A stretch of 61,365 bases of DNA, filler included, from Candidatus Aminicenantales bacterium (GTDB lineage: Bacteria > Acidobacteriota > Aminicenantia > Aminicenantales > Saccharicenantaceae), in NCBI GenBank assembly GCA_049512315.1. It is 5 parts of 4 records of this genome, joined end to end, with 100 filler letters (N's around TTAATTAATTAA, not from the genome) between each part and the next. Parts side by side here need not be neighbours in the genome. Positions count along the whole stretch, not along the records: positions 17,294 to 47,472 come from JBEKXF010000011.1; 4 more parts are not named here. One strand, 5' to 3'. The position numbers and the translations under genes are program-made. Numbering within the stretch: the stretch's first letter is position 1; each line of letters begins with the position of its first letter. Under the pieces are notes generated by a model that had not been told where the DNA came from, ran no database searches, and saw only the letters and a list, made by a program, of their open reading frames with translations. Shown here one piece after another: positions 31,450 through 43,164 of this stretch.

Positions 31450-33246
31450 CTACTCCGATTCCAAGATCCCGTTCCCGACGTCGGCGGAGTCCGTGTCGAT
31501 GATCACGAAAAGCGTCCCGCTCACCTGGTAGCCGCTGATACTATAATTGGTGCTGCTCAGCGTGAAGGCCCCTATCCACCGGCCAACGTCACTGGCGTCG
31601 GCAGTGAAGGTGCCCGACAAGCTCACGCCGGCCGTGGTGACTCCGTCCGCATTGACGTCTACCGTCCCGGTCAGTCCGCCGCTCGTGACCACCGATTGAC
31701 CGACCCAGTCCGTCTGGCCGGTGGTGTCGACGAACGACAGGTTGACAGCATAGTTGCCCTGGAAAGCGCCGGATGATTGGGGCAAGATGAACCCGGAGCC
31801 GACCGCACTGCTGTCATAATCCATGACCAGCGCCCCGCCGCCTCCGCTCGTGCTGTTCGGATCGAGGAGGTTGAGGGTCGGGTCGACGACGAAGATCAGA
31901 AGAGAGGAAACGTCCTGGGTGGTGTCCGACGTGCCGGGCAGGGCCAGGGTCCCGGTTCCGTCTCCGGCTATCGAATAGACCCTCTGACCCGCGATCGGGC
32001 CGAACGTCGCCACTCCCGCATCGTTGGTGTCGGCGACGCCGGCCGTGAGGTTTCCGGCCCCGTCCGCAGAGAACTGGCCGGCCAGGGCCAGCGAGCCCGA
32101 AACCGACGCCCCGGCCTCGGAAAGAACGTAGTTCCCGGAAAGCGCCGCGTTCGAAAACGACGCACTCGCGCCGGCCGCTCCCTGCCCGTACATGCTCCCA
32201 CCCGTGATCAAAACCGGAGCATCCTTTTCGACGAGCCGCAGGACCTGGCCCTGGATGGCGTAGTACGCAAAGTTGACGCCGTTGCTGAACCCGATGGTCC
32301 CCCGGCCGAACGCATCCGGGGTCGTGATGGAGCCGGAGAGAGACGATGTGGACGTTGAGCCTGCGTCGTTTTCGAAAAATGTGGCGCTGGCGATGCTCCC
32401 CGACGATGTGCTCATCAGCGCCAAGCCGCCGAAGGTGATCGGCACCTGATTCCCGACGTCCGCTCCCTGCGCCGTAAAGGCGAAGGAGCCGCTGATCGCG
32501 TTGGGGTTGGTGGCGCTGGCGGCCTGGACGTCGAGGGTGCCGCTCGAGGTTGCGCTTCCGTCGAACTGGATGATCAAAGCGTGGGTGGTCGAGGTGACGG
32601 CGACGCTGAACGTCTCGACGCCGTTGTTGGGCAGGGTCGTGTTGCTCGCGTTGAGCGTGAGGCTGCCGCGGCCATCGGGACCGATGGAATAAGTTCCGGT
32701 GACAGCGTCGGGGCCGGACTCGACCGACGTATCGGAGGAGTCCTGTTCGCCGCCGGTGATGTTGCCGTTGCCGTCCGCGACGATCGTGCCCGCGGCGGCA
32801 TAAATCCCGTAGCTGTCGTATCCCTGGACAGAAAAGACATACTGCCCGTTGAGCGCGGAGTTCGAACCGACGGGGACAATGGAGACCGTGGCACTAGACT
32901 TGACGCTGCTGTTGGCGGTCGCGGCCGCCGTGAGGGTCACGGTGCCGGCGGACGAGGGAGCCGTATAAACGGTCGTGCCGCTGTTTGCCGTATGGACCGG
33001 ATTGAACGTGCCGCAATTCCCGCTGCCGCCGCAGGACCAATCGACGCCGGCGTTCGATGAATCGTTAGCGACGCTTGCCGTGAGGTTCACCGATTGGTTG
33101 ACCGTCAGCGTCGAGGGCGCGTTGATCAATTGGACGTTGATATCCGACGCGCTCTGCCGGCTGCACGACGAAAATGAGACGGTGACGAGAGCCAGCGCGG
33201 CGGCCAGAGCGAAGCAGAGAAACGGATGGCGGCCTGTATTCATCAC
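31450..33246 (-). CDS. Secreted/lipoprotein with Ig-like domain and tandem beta-rich repeats
   Basis: SFSSC lipobox-like; S/T/G-rich; repeat starts LNGQYVF, ISGSFAF, LSGNYVL, FQGNYAV. Confidence 0.75.
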   Translation of the reverse strand: MMNTGRHPFLCFALAAALALVTVSFSSCSRQSASDINVQLINAPSTLTVNQSVNLTASVANDSSNAGVDWSCGGSGNCGTFNPVHTANSGTTVYTAPSSAGTVTLTAAATANSSVKSSATVSIVPVGSNSALNGQYVFSVQGYDSYGIYAAAGTIVADGNGNITGGEQDSSDTSVESGPDAVTGTYSIGPDGRGSLTLNASNTTLPNNGVETFSVAVTSTTHALIIQFDGSATSSGTLDVQAASATNPNAISGSFAFTAQGADVGNQVPITFGGLALMSTSSGSIASATFFENDAGSTSTSSLSGSITTPDAFGRGTIGFSNGVNFAYYAIQGQVLRLVEKDAPVLITGGSMYGQGAAGASASFSNAALSGNYVLSEAGASVSGSLALAGQFSADGAGNLTAGVADTNDAGVATFGPIAGQRVYSIAGDGTGTLALPGTSDTTQDVSSLLIFVVDPTLNLLDPNSTSGGGGALVMDYDSSAVGSGFILPQSSGAFQGNYAVNLSFVDTTGQTDWVGQSVVTSGGLTGTVDVNADGVTTAGVSLSGTFTADASDVGRWIGAFTLSSTNYSISGYQVSGTLFVIIDTDSADVGNGILESE

Positions 33247-33719
33247 TGGCCTCCTTCCGCGGCCTTCCTGGAGTGTGTCGCGGTGGCCGACGCGGGCCGT
33301 ATCAGGAATCCGCGCGCGTTGCGGATCGTGTACAGGCCGCTGGCGGTCTGAGCGGTGCGGACGAGAAGGACCGGCCGGCCTTTGATGATCGTCAGGACAC
33401 CGACCATCTTGACCCGTTCTCCGCTTGCGAGCGACAGAGCACGGGCCCCTCTCATGGCGTAATTCCCCAGATGGGCGTCTACGGTCCCGGTCGGCGTCGT
33501 CAAGATCGCGTGGGCGCCGGCCAACATTCCCGGCGACGCTTTCGTGACGACGCTCGCCACGCTGCCTTCGATCGTGACTTCCCTGGCGATGTCATATCTG
33601 GGCGCAGCCACGGCCGCCTTCACCCAGGCAGCCGTTTGCCCGCCGGCCGGGCCGGCCAGCACCATCGCCAGAAGTGCGATGGATGCCGACAGGAACAGGC
33701 CTCCAGATGGTTTCTTCAC
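33243..33719 (-). CDS. Secreted hypothetical protein (OB-fold-like)
   Basis: RBS GGAGG plus GTG start; signal peptide; YD...EVTIEGSV...HAIL...VDAHLG...GERVKMVG. Confidence 0.7.
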   Translation of the reverse strand: MKKPSGGLFLSASIALLAMVLAGPAGGQTAAWVKAAVAAPRYDIAREVTIEGSVASVVTKASPGMLAGAHAILTTPTGTVDAHLGNYAMRGARALSLASGERVKMVGVLTIIKGRPVLLVRTAQTASGLYTIRNARGFLIRPASATATHSRKAAEGGQ

Positions 33720-34009
33720 CGATTCCTCCTGCCGGGTTTTCGATTCGCGAAAACCCGCGTTCTAGCGGCGCGCGCCCTCGCGTGCGTCCCCGGCGAACAG
33801 AACTCTAACCACCCTTTCCCGACTCCATTATATGCCCGGGCGCCCGGCCACGTCAAAAACGCCTCGAGGTGGGCAAGACGAGGCGATCGGGGTCAGAAGC
33901 GTTCCCTATGGAACAACGGCCTGGTGCGTTCCTGCTCCATTTCCAGAATTGCTCGACAACGGCGTAATTCATCGAACCTTGATATATTATTATCCCGATA
34001 GGAAATTGA

Positions 34010-34855
34010 ATGAGGAAAATCCCGGAGGCGATCTACGACCGTATCGACAACGGTGTCTACAGCGCTCAGAGCGGCCAGTGGTGGCAGCCGGAATCCGCAT
34101 TTTATCAGATGAAGGTTTCCTTCAATCCCGCCCGGCTGGGCTATGCGAAAAGGAAACTGATCGAGGAGCTCAAGGTCGATCCCAAAACGACGGCCGCCCT
34201 GGACGTCGGCTGCGGCGGGGGATTCCTGACCGAGGAGATCGCCCGGCTGGGCTTCGATACGACCGGGGTCGACCCGTCCGAACGCTCCGTCCGGGTCGCC
34301 GCCGACCACGCGCGGGAGAGCGGGCTGGACATCCGGTACGGGACGGGCACGGGCGAATCTCTTCCGTTCGAGAACAACTCCTTCGGCGTCGTTTTCTGCT
34401 GTGATGTTCTGGAGCATGTCCGCGACCTGCCCACGGTCATCTCCGAGATCTCCCGGGTTCTGAAGTCGGGAAGCGTGTTTTGCTACGATACGCTCAACCG
34501 GACCTGGGTGAGTCTCCTGGCCGCCATCAAGATCAGCCGAGTCTGGAAGCCGTGGGCCTTCATGCCCCCGAACCTCCATGTCTGGAGGATGTTCATCAAG
34601 CCCGGCGAAATGAAGTCGCTCCTCCGGCAAAACGGTTTGGAGTGGAAAGAGCACCGGGGCATGATGCCCAATGTTCGCATCCCCCGGCTCCTCGGCTATT
34701 TACGCAAGCGGGCCGGGGGAGAATGGACTTACAGTGATCTCGCCAAAAAGATCCAGATGGTCGAAAGCCGAATCACGGCGATCATGTACATGGGCTATGC
34801 CGTGAAGGAAAGTCCGCCCGGCCCCGGCGCCGATTTGACAAGAGGAAGGGAGTGA
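34010..34855 (+). CDS. ubiG: UbiG-like SAM-dependent O-methyltransferase
   Basis: WW.P...FNPARLGY, LDVGCGGGFLTE, CDVLEHV, DTLNRT, MFIKPGE. Confidence 0.8.
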   Translation: MRKIPEAIYDRIDNGVYSAQSGQWWQPESAFYQMKVSFNPARLGYAKRKLIEELKVDPKTTAALDVGCGGGFLTEEIARLGFDTTGVDPSERSVRVAADHARESGLDIRYGTGTGESLPFENNSFGVVFCCDVLEHVRDLPTVISEISRVLKSGSVFCYDTLNRTWVSLLAAIKISRVWKPWAFMPPNLHVWRMFIKPGEMKSLLRQNGLEWKEHRGMMPNVRIPRLLGYLRKRAGGEWTYSDLAKKIQMVESRITAIMYMGYAVKESPPGPGADLTRGRE

Positions 34856-34859
34856 ACGC

Positions 34860-36695
34860 ATGGATGACGTCCTGAAGATCGCCAAGAATTGCCGTCACTA
34901 CGCGATGTGCAAGATCGATTTCCTGGGGAGCGGCGTCTGCGCCTCGGGGCTGGAAAAGCAGTATGTGAGCTACTATCCGGAGGGGCGGATGGACCTCTAT
35001 GCCGCCCTGGCGGAGCACAAGATCCCCGTCACCGAAAAATGCCTCGACATCGCCGCGAGCTGCGACCTCTGCGGAAAGTGCGATTACCAATGCTACTTCG
35101 TCACTGAGCTCCGGCCCTCCCGCGTCATGGCGGCCCTGAAGGACCTTGTCGTTGCCCAGGTGCGCGGGGAAGGGGTGTTCGAAAGGGCCCCGGAGGATCC
35201 GCTGCTCCGGGATATCCGGCGGATCGTCGGCGAGGAATGGGCGACGAACGATAAGGCCGTTGCCGTCACGTATTCCCATGATCCCGGCCCGATCACGGTT
35301 CCCAAAATGCCGGCCTATGTCGTCCTGCCCAGGACCCGGGAGGAAATATCGGCGCTCCTGAGGCTCTTCAATGACCATCACGTCCCCTGGGTGGTCCGCG
35401 GCAACGGGTCCCAGGGCGCGGGCCTCAGCCTCTGCGAAGGCGCCGTCATCGACCCGAACCGGATGAAAGACATCGCCTTCGACGAAAAGAACTGGACGGT
35501 CAAGGTCGGGGCGGGCGTCCCGGCCTTCGACCTCCAGCGCGAGGCCGCCCGGCGCGGCTTCCGCGTCAACGTCGCCGAGCCGGCGGCCCTGGTCTGCTCC
35601 AATATGATCTGCTCGGGGATCTTCTCGACCTTTTTGACCGCCTACGGAACGGCCGCCGACAACTGCGTCGATGCAGAGTTCGTGGCTCGGGATGGCTCGT
35701 TCTTCTCGCTCAGCGACAAAAACGCCCCCAACCTGTTCGCTTTCAAGCAGGCCGATCAGGAGTCTCCCGGGATTTGCACGGCGGTGAGCATGAAGCTCCA
35801 TCCCGTGACGGGCGACGAGGCGGGAGTCCTCGTTCCCTTCGATTCGCTGGAAAAGGCCCTCGATTTTTCCAAGGAGTGCGCGGTCCGGCGGATCGGCCTG
35901 GCCATCGGAGTCCTCGGGGGCGGGTATATCTCCTCCTTCCTGGCCCCCACGAAGCAGCTGGCCGCTGAGGTCAGGGACGTTTTTGAGAAAAAGCTCGGCA
36001 TTGCCCATCTGGTCCTGGTGATCGGCGATCGGTACGCGATCCAAAACGTCATGACCATGGGCCACCCGGTTTTCGATCAGCGGCTCTTCAAAGCCCTCAA
36101 TCTGGGCCTGCCTTCGCTCCGCTCTGCCGAGTGGCCCAGTCTCCTGGGCCAACTTCCCAGTCTCGAACCGTTTTCTTATCTCCGGGTCAAGGGCTTCGCG
36201 GAGATCGCGGAGGCGGCCTTGGCGCCGTCGGCGGCGACCTTGGCGGCGTCGGTCGATCTGGACCTCCGACCTTTCTTTGAGGAGATCTTCGGCCGGCCGG
36301 AAATGACCGACCTCGTTTGGCTGAACATGTTCAGGATCCTGAGCTCGAGGATGGGCCGGGATAAGCAGTTCTCGGTGAACATCATTTATCTTCCCCTCGA
36401 ACAGGCCTTGATTTGCGAGATCAGCGAAGGTTTCAAGAGGATTGCCGACCGCTACGGGCTCGCAAACGATCTGGGGTTCATCACGCCCCTCGACGGCGGA
36501 AAACGATGCATCCTCGAATACGATTACTTCTTTGACCAGACCGATCCTGAGGACATCTTACGGGCCCAGCGGGCGGCGATGGACGCCGGCGGCCTGATCA
36601 TGGAGTATTCAGCCAAGCTGGGCACCATCCCCTGGATCCGGCACGTGGTGAACCAGGGATTCAGCCGGATGGAAAACTTATTGTACACGACTTGA
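34860..36695 (+). CDS. FAD-binding oxidoreductase with N-terminal Fe-S cysteine domain
   Basis: CRHYAMC, CDLCGKCDYQC, P.YVVLP...VRGNGS (FAD_binding_4). Confidence 0.8.
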   Translation: MDDVLKIAKNCRHYAMCKIDFLGSGVCASGLEKQYVSYYPEGRMDLYAALAEHKIPVTEKCLDIAASCDLCGKCDYQCYFVTELRPSRVMAALKDLVVAQVRGEGVFERAPEDPLLRDIRRIVGEEWATNDKAVAVTYSHDPGPITVPKMPAYVVLPRTREEISALLRLFNDHHVPWVVRGNGSQGAGLSLCEGAVIDPNRMKDIAFDEKNWTVKVGAGVPAFDLQREAARRGFRVNVAEPAALVCSNMICSGIFSTFLTAYGTAADNCVDAEFVARDGSFFSLSDKNAPNLFAFKQADQESPGICTAVSMKLHPVTGDEAGVLVPFDSLEKALDFSKECAVRRIGLAIGVLGGGYISSFLAPTKQLAAEVRDVFEKKLGIAHLVLVIGDRYAIQNVMTMGHPVFDQRLFKALNLGLPSLRSAEWPSLLGQLPSLEPFSYLRVKGFAEIAEAALAPSAATLAASVDLDLRPFFEEIFGRPEMTDLVWLNMFRILSSRMGRDKQFSVNIIYLPLEQALICEISEGFKRIADRYGLANDLGFITPLDGGKRCILEYDYFFDQTDPEDILRAQRAAMDAGGLIMEYSAKLGTIPWIRHVVNQGFSRMENLLYTT

Positions 36696-36826
36696 TGCCC
36701 TCCTCTGCCTGATGGGGGGGACGAAATCACCTCGTGAATCACCTCTGATGGCGATTGCCCTCGTTCCGGTGGCGTCGCACTATCCCTCCCGGGTCAAGAC
36801 GACTGCCTTCGGAAGGGATCGCGATC

Positions 36827-37186
36827 ATGGAACGGCGCAAGAGAATCCGGTTCATCGAGCGGAACGACGTTACCGTCGCCTCCGTCTCCCACGACCATAA
36901 CGGCAAAAAAACCAAGGCCTATACCTTTGACATCTCCACCGGCGGCGCGAGGATCATCGCTGAAGACTGCTTCGAAGTCGGGACCGTCCTCAGGATCCGG
37001 ATCGACCTGGCCAGGGCCCAGCAGTCCGTGACGGTTGACGGAGAAGTCAAATGGACCCGCTTCAACGAAAAATCGGGCCTCTTTGAAATCGGGATCGAGT
37101 TCCTGCACCTGACGTCCCCGAAGGTCCTGGCCTTGATCAAGTATCTCTACGGCCAGTATTGCAAACCCCCTACGCAGGTCGCCTAG
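36827..37186 (+). CDS. PilZ-domain (c-di-GMP-binding) protein
   Basis: ERRKRIR (RxxxR) and DISTGG (DxSxxG); GEVKW; IGIEF. Confidence 0.85.
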   Translation: MERRKRIRFIERNDVTVASVSHDHNGKKTKAYTFDISTGGARIIAEDCFEVGTVLRIRIDLARAQQSVTVDGEVKWTRFNEKSGLFEIGIEFLHLTSPKVLALIKYLYGQYCKPPTQVA

Positions 37187-38060
37187 GGAGTGTGACCGGC
37201 GGGGCCGACCACTTTTTTCATCATCGGAAGATTCGCCGCCGCGACCCTCTCGCCCGTCCTGATGATCCTCCCGGGGTCGGAAAAATCGAGCGTCTCGACG
37301 TCGATGGGGACCCGGAGGACGAAATCGGCCCGGCGCGCCGTCTTCTCATTGGACCTGGCCCTCGCCACTTCGAACACTCTCTGGACGACTTGAAGCGTGT
37401 TCTTGATCTTTTCCGGCGGCATTTTCCTGAGGGGCCGGTGGATGTCCACGAGAATGGTGACGGCGGCCCCCGCCTTTTTGGCCGCTTCGACCGGCGCGTT
37501 GTCGAGCACTCCGCCGTCCAGAAGAAGCATGCCCTCCATCCCGGCCGGAGTGAACAAAAGGGGAAGGGACATCGTCGCCCGGAGGGCTTTATAAAGCCTC
37601 CCCCGGTCGAACAGGACCTCTTTCCCCGATATAAGGTCGACGGCGTTGCAGGCGAATTTGATGGGCAACGATTCGATCCGGACGTCCCCGACCATTCTCC
37701 GGAGTAAGGACTCGAACGCGTCCTCCCTGTCCAGCCCCATTTTCCTGAAAAGCCTGTTCCTGTAGTCCGTCAGCATCAGGTATTCGAAAAGGCTCTTGGG
37801 GCTCCTGAGCAGGCGTGAGGCCGCGGATCTTTCAATGTAGTTATTAAGACTGAGGTCGCACGCGATCTCCTTCAGCTTCGTCCCGGAAAACCCGGCCGCG
37901 AAGAGCCCCCCGACCATCCCCCCCATGGAGGTCCCAGTCACGATATCCGGGACGAAGCCGTTCTTCTCGAGGACGCTGAGGACCCCGATGTGGGCGAGCC
38001 CCCGCGCCCCGCCGCCCATGAGGACCAGGGCCCAGGTTTTATCTTTTTTCGCGCGCTTAA
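37183..38060 (-). CDS. Patatin-like phospholipase (no canonical start before the first beta strand)
   Basis: WALVLMGGGARGLAHIG, GTSMG, LDGG. Confidence 0.88.
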
Positions 38061-39157
38061 CGAGAATCCTCCAGGTAAAATTCCGCCGCTTTGAGGGCCA
38101 GCTCGCGGGCGTCGAGGTCGGCCCGATTGCAGAGGACGATCACGGTGAGCCGGTCGTTCGGGAACCGCTGGATCGCCGTCCGGAAGCCCAAGGTCTCACC
38201 GTAGTGCCACATCCGGACGTGCCCTTTCCACGGATTCAGGAACCAGCCGAAGCCATATGCGGCGGGCGCTCCGTCCGGCTCGGTCGGGGGGGCTTCGGCG
38301 ACTTGGACGGGGGTCAGCGCGGGGCGCATCTCCGGCTCGCTGAGGAGGGTGTGGAGGCGCAAAGCTCCATCCCACTTCAGGAGGTCCGAAAGCGAGGAGT
38401 AGACGCCTCCGTCGCCGAGGGTCGCTGAGGTCGGGCTCTGATCCGTTTCGCGACAGCCGCCATCTTCCCTGGTGTGGCCGTAGGCGCGGTCCGGCACCTC
38501 GTTCTTGCCGCGCTCGTAGGCGACGGTGTTCGTCATTTCCAGGGGAACGAAAATGCGGTCATGCAAGAATTCGCCGAAAGGCTGGCCGGAGACCTTTTCG
38601 ACGACGAGGCCCAGCACCACGTAGCCCGAGTTGCTATAGGTCCATCGCGAACCGGGCGCGAACTTCCCGGCTTTCTGATGTTTCAGGAGTTCGAGAACCT
38701 CGGCGTCCTTGATCTGGACCTGCTCCACGGGCAGCGAGGGATCGGATGGTGGCATGAGGTCTTCGTAATCGGGGAGGCCCGAAGTGTGATTGAGGAGATG
38801 GCGGACGATGATGGCCCGGCCATATTCCGGGAAGCCGGGGAAGATGTCGGTCAGGCTGTCTTCATAACGTAGCTTTCCATCGTGCACGAGCAGCATGATG
38901 GCCGCGGCCGTGAATTGTTTGGTGACCGAAGCCAGGCGGAAGTTTGTCCGGGCGTCGATCGGGCGGCGCTTTCGCAGATCCATGACGCCATATCCGCGTT
39001 CGAAGGCAACGCGCCCGTCCTTCATAACGAGCACCGCCGCCCCCGGTTCACGGGTGGACGTCAGGCCGGCAAACATGGCGTCAACCTGCTTGGCTGAAGA
39101 AGCCTTGTTCGCCGCCCGGCACGTCACCATCATTGGAAAAACCAGCCCGATCATGAT
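38057..39157 (-). CDS. Serine hydrolase, beta-lactamase/class C family
   Basis: ASVTK (SxxK), LLNHTSGL, YSNSGY, WHYG; start approximate. Confidence 0.9.
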   Translation of the reverse strand: MMIGLVFPMMVTCRAANKASSAKQVDAMFAGLTSTREPGAAVLVMKDGRVAFERGYGVMDLRKRRPIDARTNFRLASVTKQFTAAAIMLLVHDGKLRYEDSLTDIFPGFPEYGRAIIVRHLLNHTSGLPDYEDLMPPSDPSLPVEQVQIKDAEVLELLKHQKAGKFAPGSRWTYSNSGYVVLGLVVEKVSGQPFGEFLHDRIFVPLEMTNTVAYERGKNEVPDRAYGHTREDGGCRETDQSPTSATLGDGGVYSSLSDLLKWDGALRLHTLLSEPEMRPALTPVQVAEAPPTEPDGAPAAYGFGWFLNPWKGHVRMWHYGETLGFRTAIQRFPNDRLTVIVLCNRADLDARELALKAAEFYLEDSR

Positions 39158-39327
39158 GAATGTCCTTATCGATCGTTTACACGCAATTTGCATTCCTGAA
39201 GCATCGTAATTCATGCAGCCGGGGAATATCAAGGGCCGGGAGATCGCTGGGGTCTCATAGGAAACTCACCGACATCTTTGACTTCCCCGTCTTCTTAAGA
39301 TAAAAATTTATAAAAAAGGGGAAGATC

Positions 39328-39675
39328 ATGGTCATCAATACCAGGGAAGTCGGGGATGTGATTATTTATGACTTGAAAGGAAGGGTGTGCCGGACTGCGA
39401 GTGAAGGGCAGACGCTCCACCAGTTCGTGAAATTAGATTTGGGCAAAGGAAAAAGGAACTTCCTTTTTAACTTTCAGAACGTGGAGTTTATCGACAGTTT
39501 TAGAGCAGGCGAGATCCTCGCGAGCTATATCTCTATCAGTAATATCGGAGGGAATCTCAAGCTGGCGTGCATTCCCGAAAAGTTACTCAGTTTATTTATC
39601 ACGGGTGGCCATGATTTCATGCTTTATGAGAATGAGGAGGCCGCGCTGAAGAGCCTCGAGAAAGCTAAGATATAG
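39328..39675 (+). CDS. STAS-domain anti-sigma-factor antagonist
   Basis: VEFIDS..GEIL..YISI...GGNLKL; low GC. Confidence 0.8.
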   Translation: MVINTREVGDVIIYDLKGRVCRTASEGQTLHQFVKLDLGKGKRNFLFNFQNVEFIDSFRAGEILASYISISNIGGNLKLACIPEKLLSLFITGGHDFMLYENEEAALKSLEKAKI

Positions 39676-39885
39676 ATGGTGGCTGTCCGATATATGAACA
39701 TTGCCAAGATGAATTCGGGTCCTTTTTCTCGCGCCGCAGAGTTCCTGTAAATAGATATTAACTATCAGTAAATATTAGAATTATATAGTCTTTGGACGCC
39801 TATCGATTTGCCAATTCTTGACTACGGCGAGCGTTTAGCCCTATAGTAGGTCGGCAGCCTTGTTGGGAACCCCGGCGGAGGTTTT

Positions 39886-41605
<1,720 letters not shown>

Positions 41606-41613
<8 letters not shown>

Positions 41614-42622
41614 CCGGGAAGTTCATTTTCGGCGCCCTCTTCTTTTCTTCGAGGGCCGTGCTTTCCCTGAGGTCGAAGAGCAGCCACTGCTTGTGGATGA
41701 TGTTTTCCCGCTCTTCTCTGATCAGCTTCAGGAACCGCCGGATCCCGATCGGCTCGTTCCCGTTGGCGTGGACGAGGACGATGCTGCCCTCTTTGGGCTG
41801 CTCGTTTTTCCCGAGCCAGGCGTCGCTCCCGACCGGGATGAGGCCGTAGGCCATGACCGCCAGGACGTGGCTCTTGTCGGAGATGAGGCCCGGGAACCTG
41901 AAAAAGACGGACGGCACGATGCCTTCCTCGATCATCTTGGCCTCGGTCCGGAGAACCTCGCCGGCCAGGTCGGTCCCTTTTTCGAGCAGGAAATTCTCTT
42001 TGAGGGGCAGGTTCTTGTCCCACCGGTGGTTATAGGAATGATCGATCCAGGTGATCGAGACGTCGCCGCTCTTTTCAAGCCCCCGGAGCCACTCGAGGTC
42101 CGGCCGATGGCTCTCCATCCAGACCCCCGTCACGGCGACCGCGAGGGGGACCGGCCTTTCTTCCTTGCCGAACTCCCGGACCAGTTCGGTGAAGAGGGCC
42201 CGGTCCATCGGCCTTTTGGACGGGCAGAGGTCGACGGTTAGCACGACGCCTGTTATCGTCTGGGAAAAATGGGTGATCCCGGCGTTCTGGAACGCCCCGG
42301 CATTCGTTCCGGCATCTTCCATGGCCCTGAAATATAAGGATTTCGCGAACCTTTTTTTGAGCTTGTCCCACGGCTCTTTAGAAACGCGCAGGTCGGTGCC
42401 GGACTCCACTGTGGTCGCCAGGCTGTCGGGGTCGAGGAGGAGATAACGGGTCTGGCGATCGAGGCGGAACCGCCTCAGGACGATGGACGTCCGGTGGTCC
42501 CGGCGGGATGTGGCCACGGCCGTGAAACGGGCGTAATCGCTGACCGTCTGGGCTGCGAGGAGCAGAGGCGCCGCGAGCAGGGAGCACAGGAGAAACGCCT
42601 TCCGCCCCCGGTTGTCGGCCAT
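41606..42622 (-). CDS. Secreted polysaccharide-deacetylase-like protein
   Basis: LTVDLCPS, WIDHSYNH, FFRFPGL, IVLVHANGNE. Confidence 0.75.
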
Positions 42623-42697
42623 CTGATGCCCTTCCTTCATCTGTCCGGACTTATGGCGGAGGTAAGATACCAACTCTGGAGACGGGCGTCAAATGGG

Positions 42698-42796
42698 TCA
42701 GTCGAACTTGGATTTCTTTTGGCTGAAAAGCTTCTGGCAGGCCTCCACGACCTCGCGGTCGTAGAGGATGCCGCGCTGTTTCCTGACGATGGACTG
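42698..42796 (-). pseudogene. Orphan C-terminus of an HD-GYP-type protein
   Basis: IVRKQRGILYDREVVEACQKLFSQKKSKFD* with no upstream domain. Confidence 0.6.
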
Positions 42797-43164
42797 AGGC
42801 CAAATGAGAGGGGAATTCTAGATTAGGCGCTTGGGAAAAAAATCGCTCCCGGGAATGAATCTCAGGGTGACCTTCGGGCGCTTTTTATCCTCTCGAGGGG
42901 TGAGAACCGCCGGGGTGCGCGGGAGAGGCCTTTGTCTCCATCAACAAAGAAGTCGGAAAAGCGCCGGCATTTTCTCTGCGAAAAATCCTCCCGGATTTCA
43001 CCTCAAGGGGTGATTGACCCGGGTGAGGCGGCCCGGGAAGATAAGGGCGCCGGGAAGAGATTCTGTGGACTGCCGGGAGATAGGCACTTCTTGACGAAAA
43101 ACGGCTCCGGCGCCAGGAAAAGAGCTGATATCATCTTCCCCGATGCCGCTGAAAGGAGCAGGCC

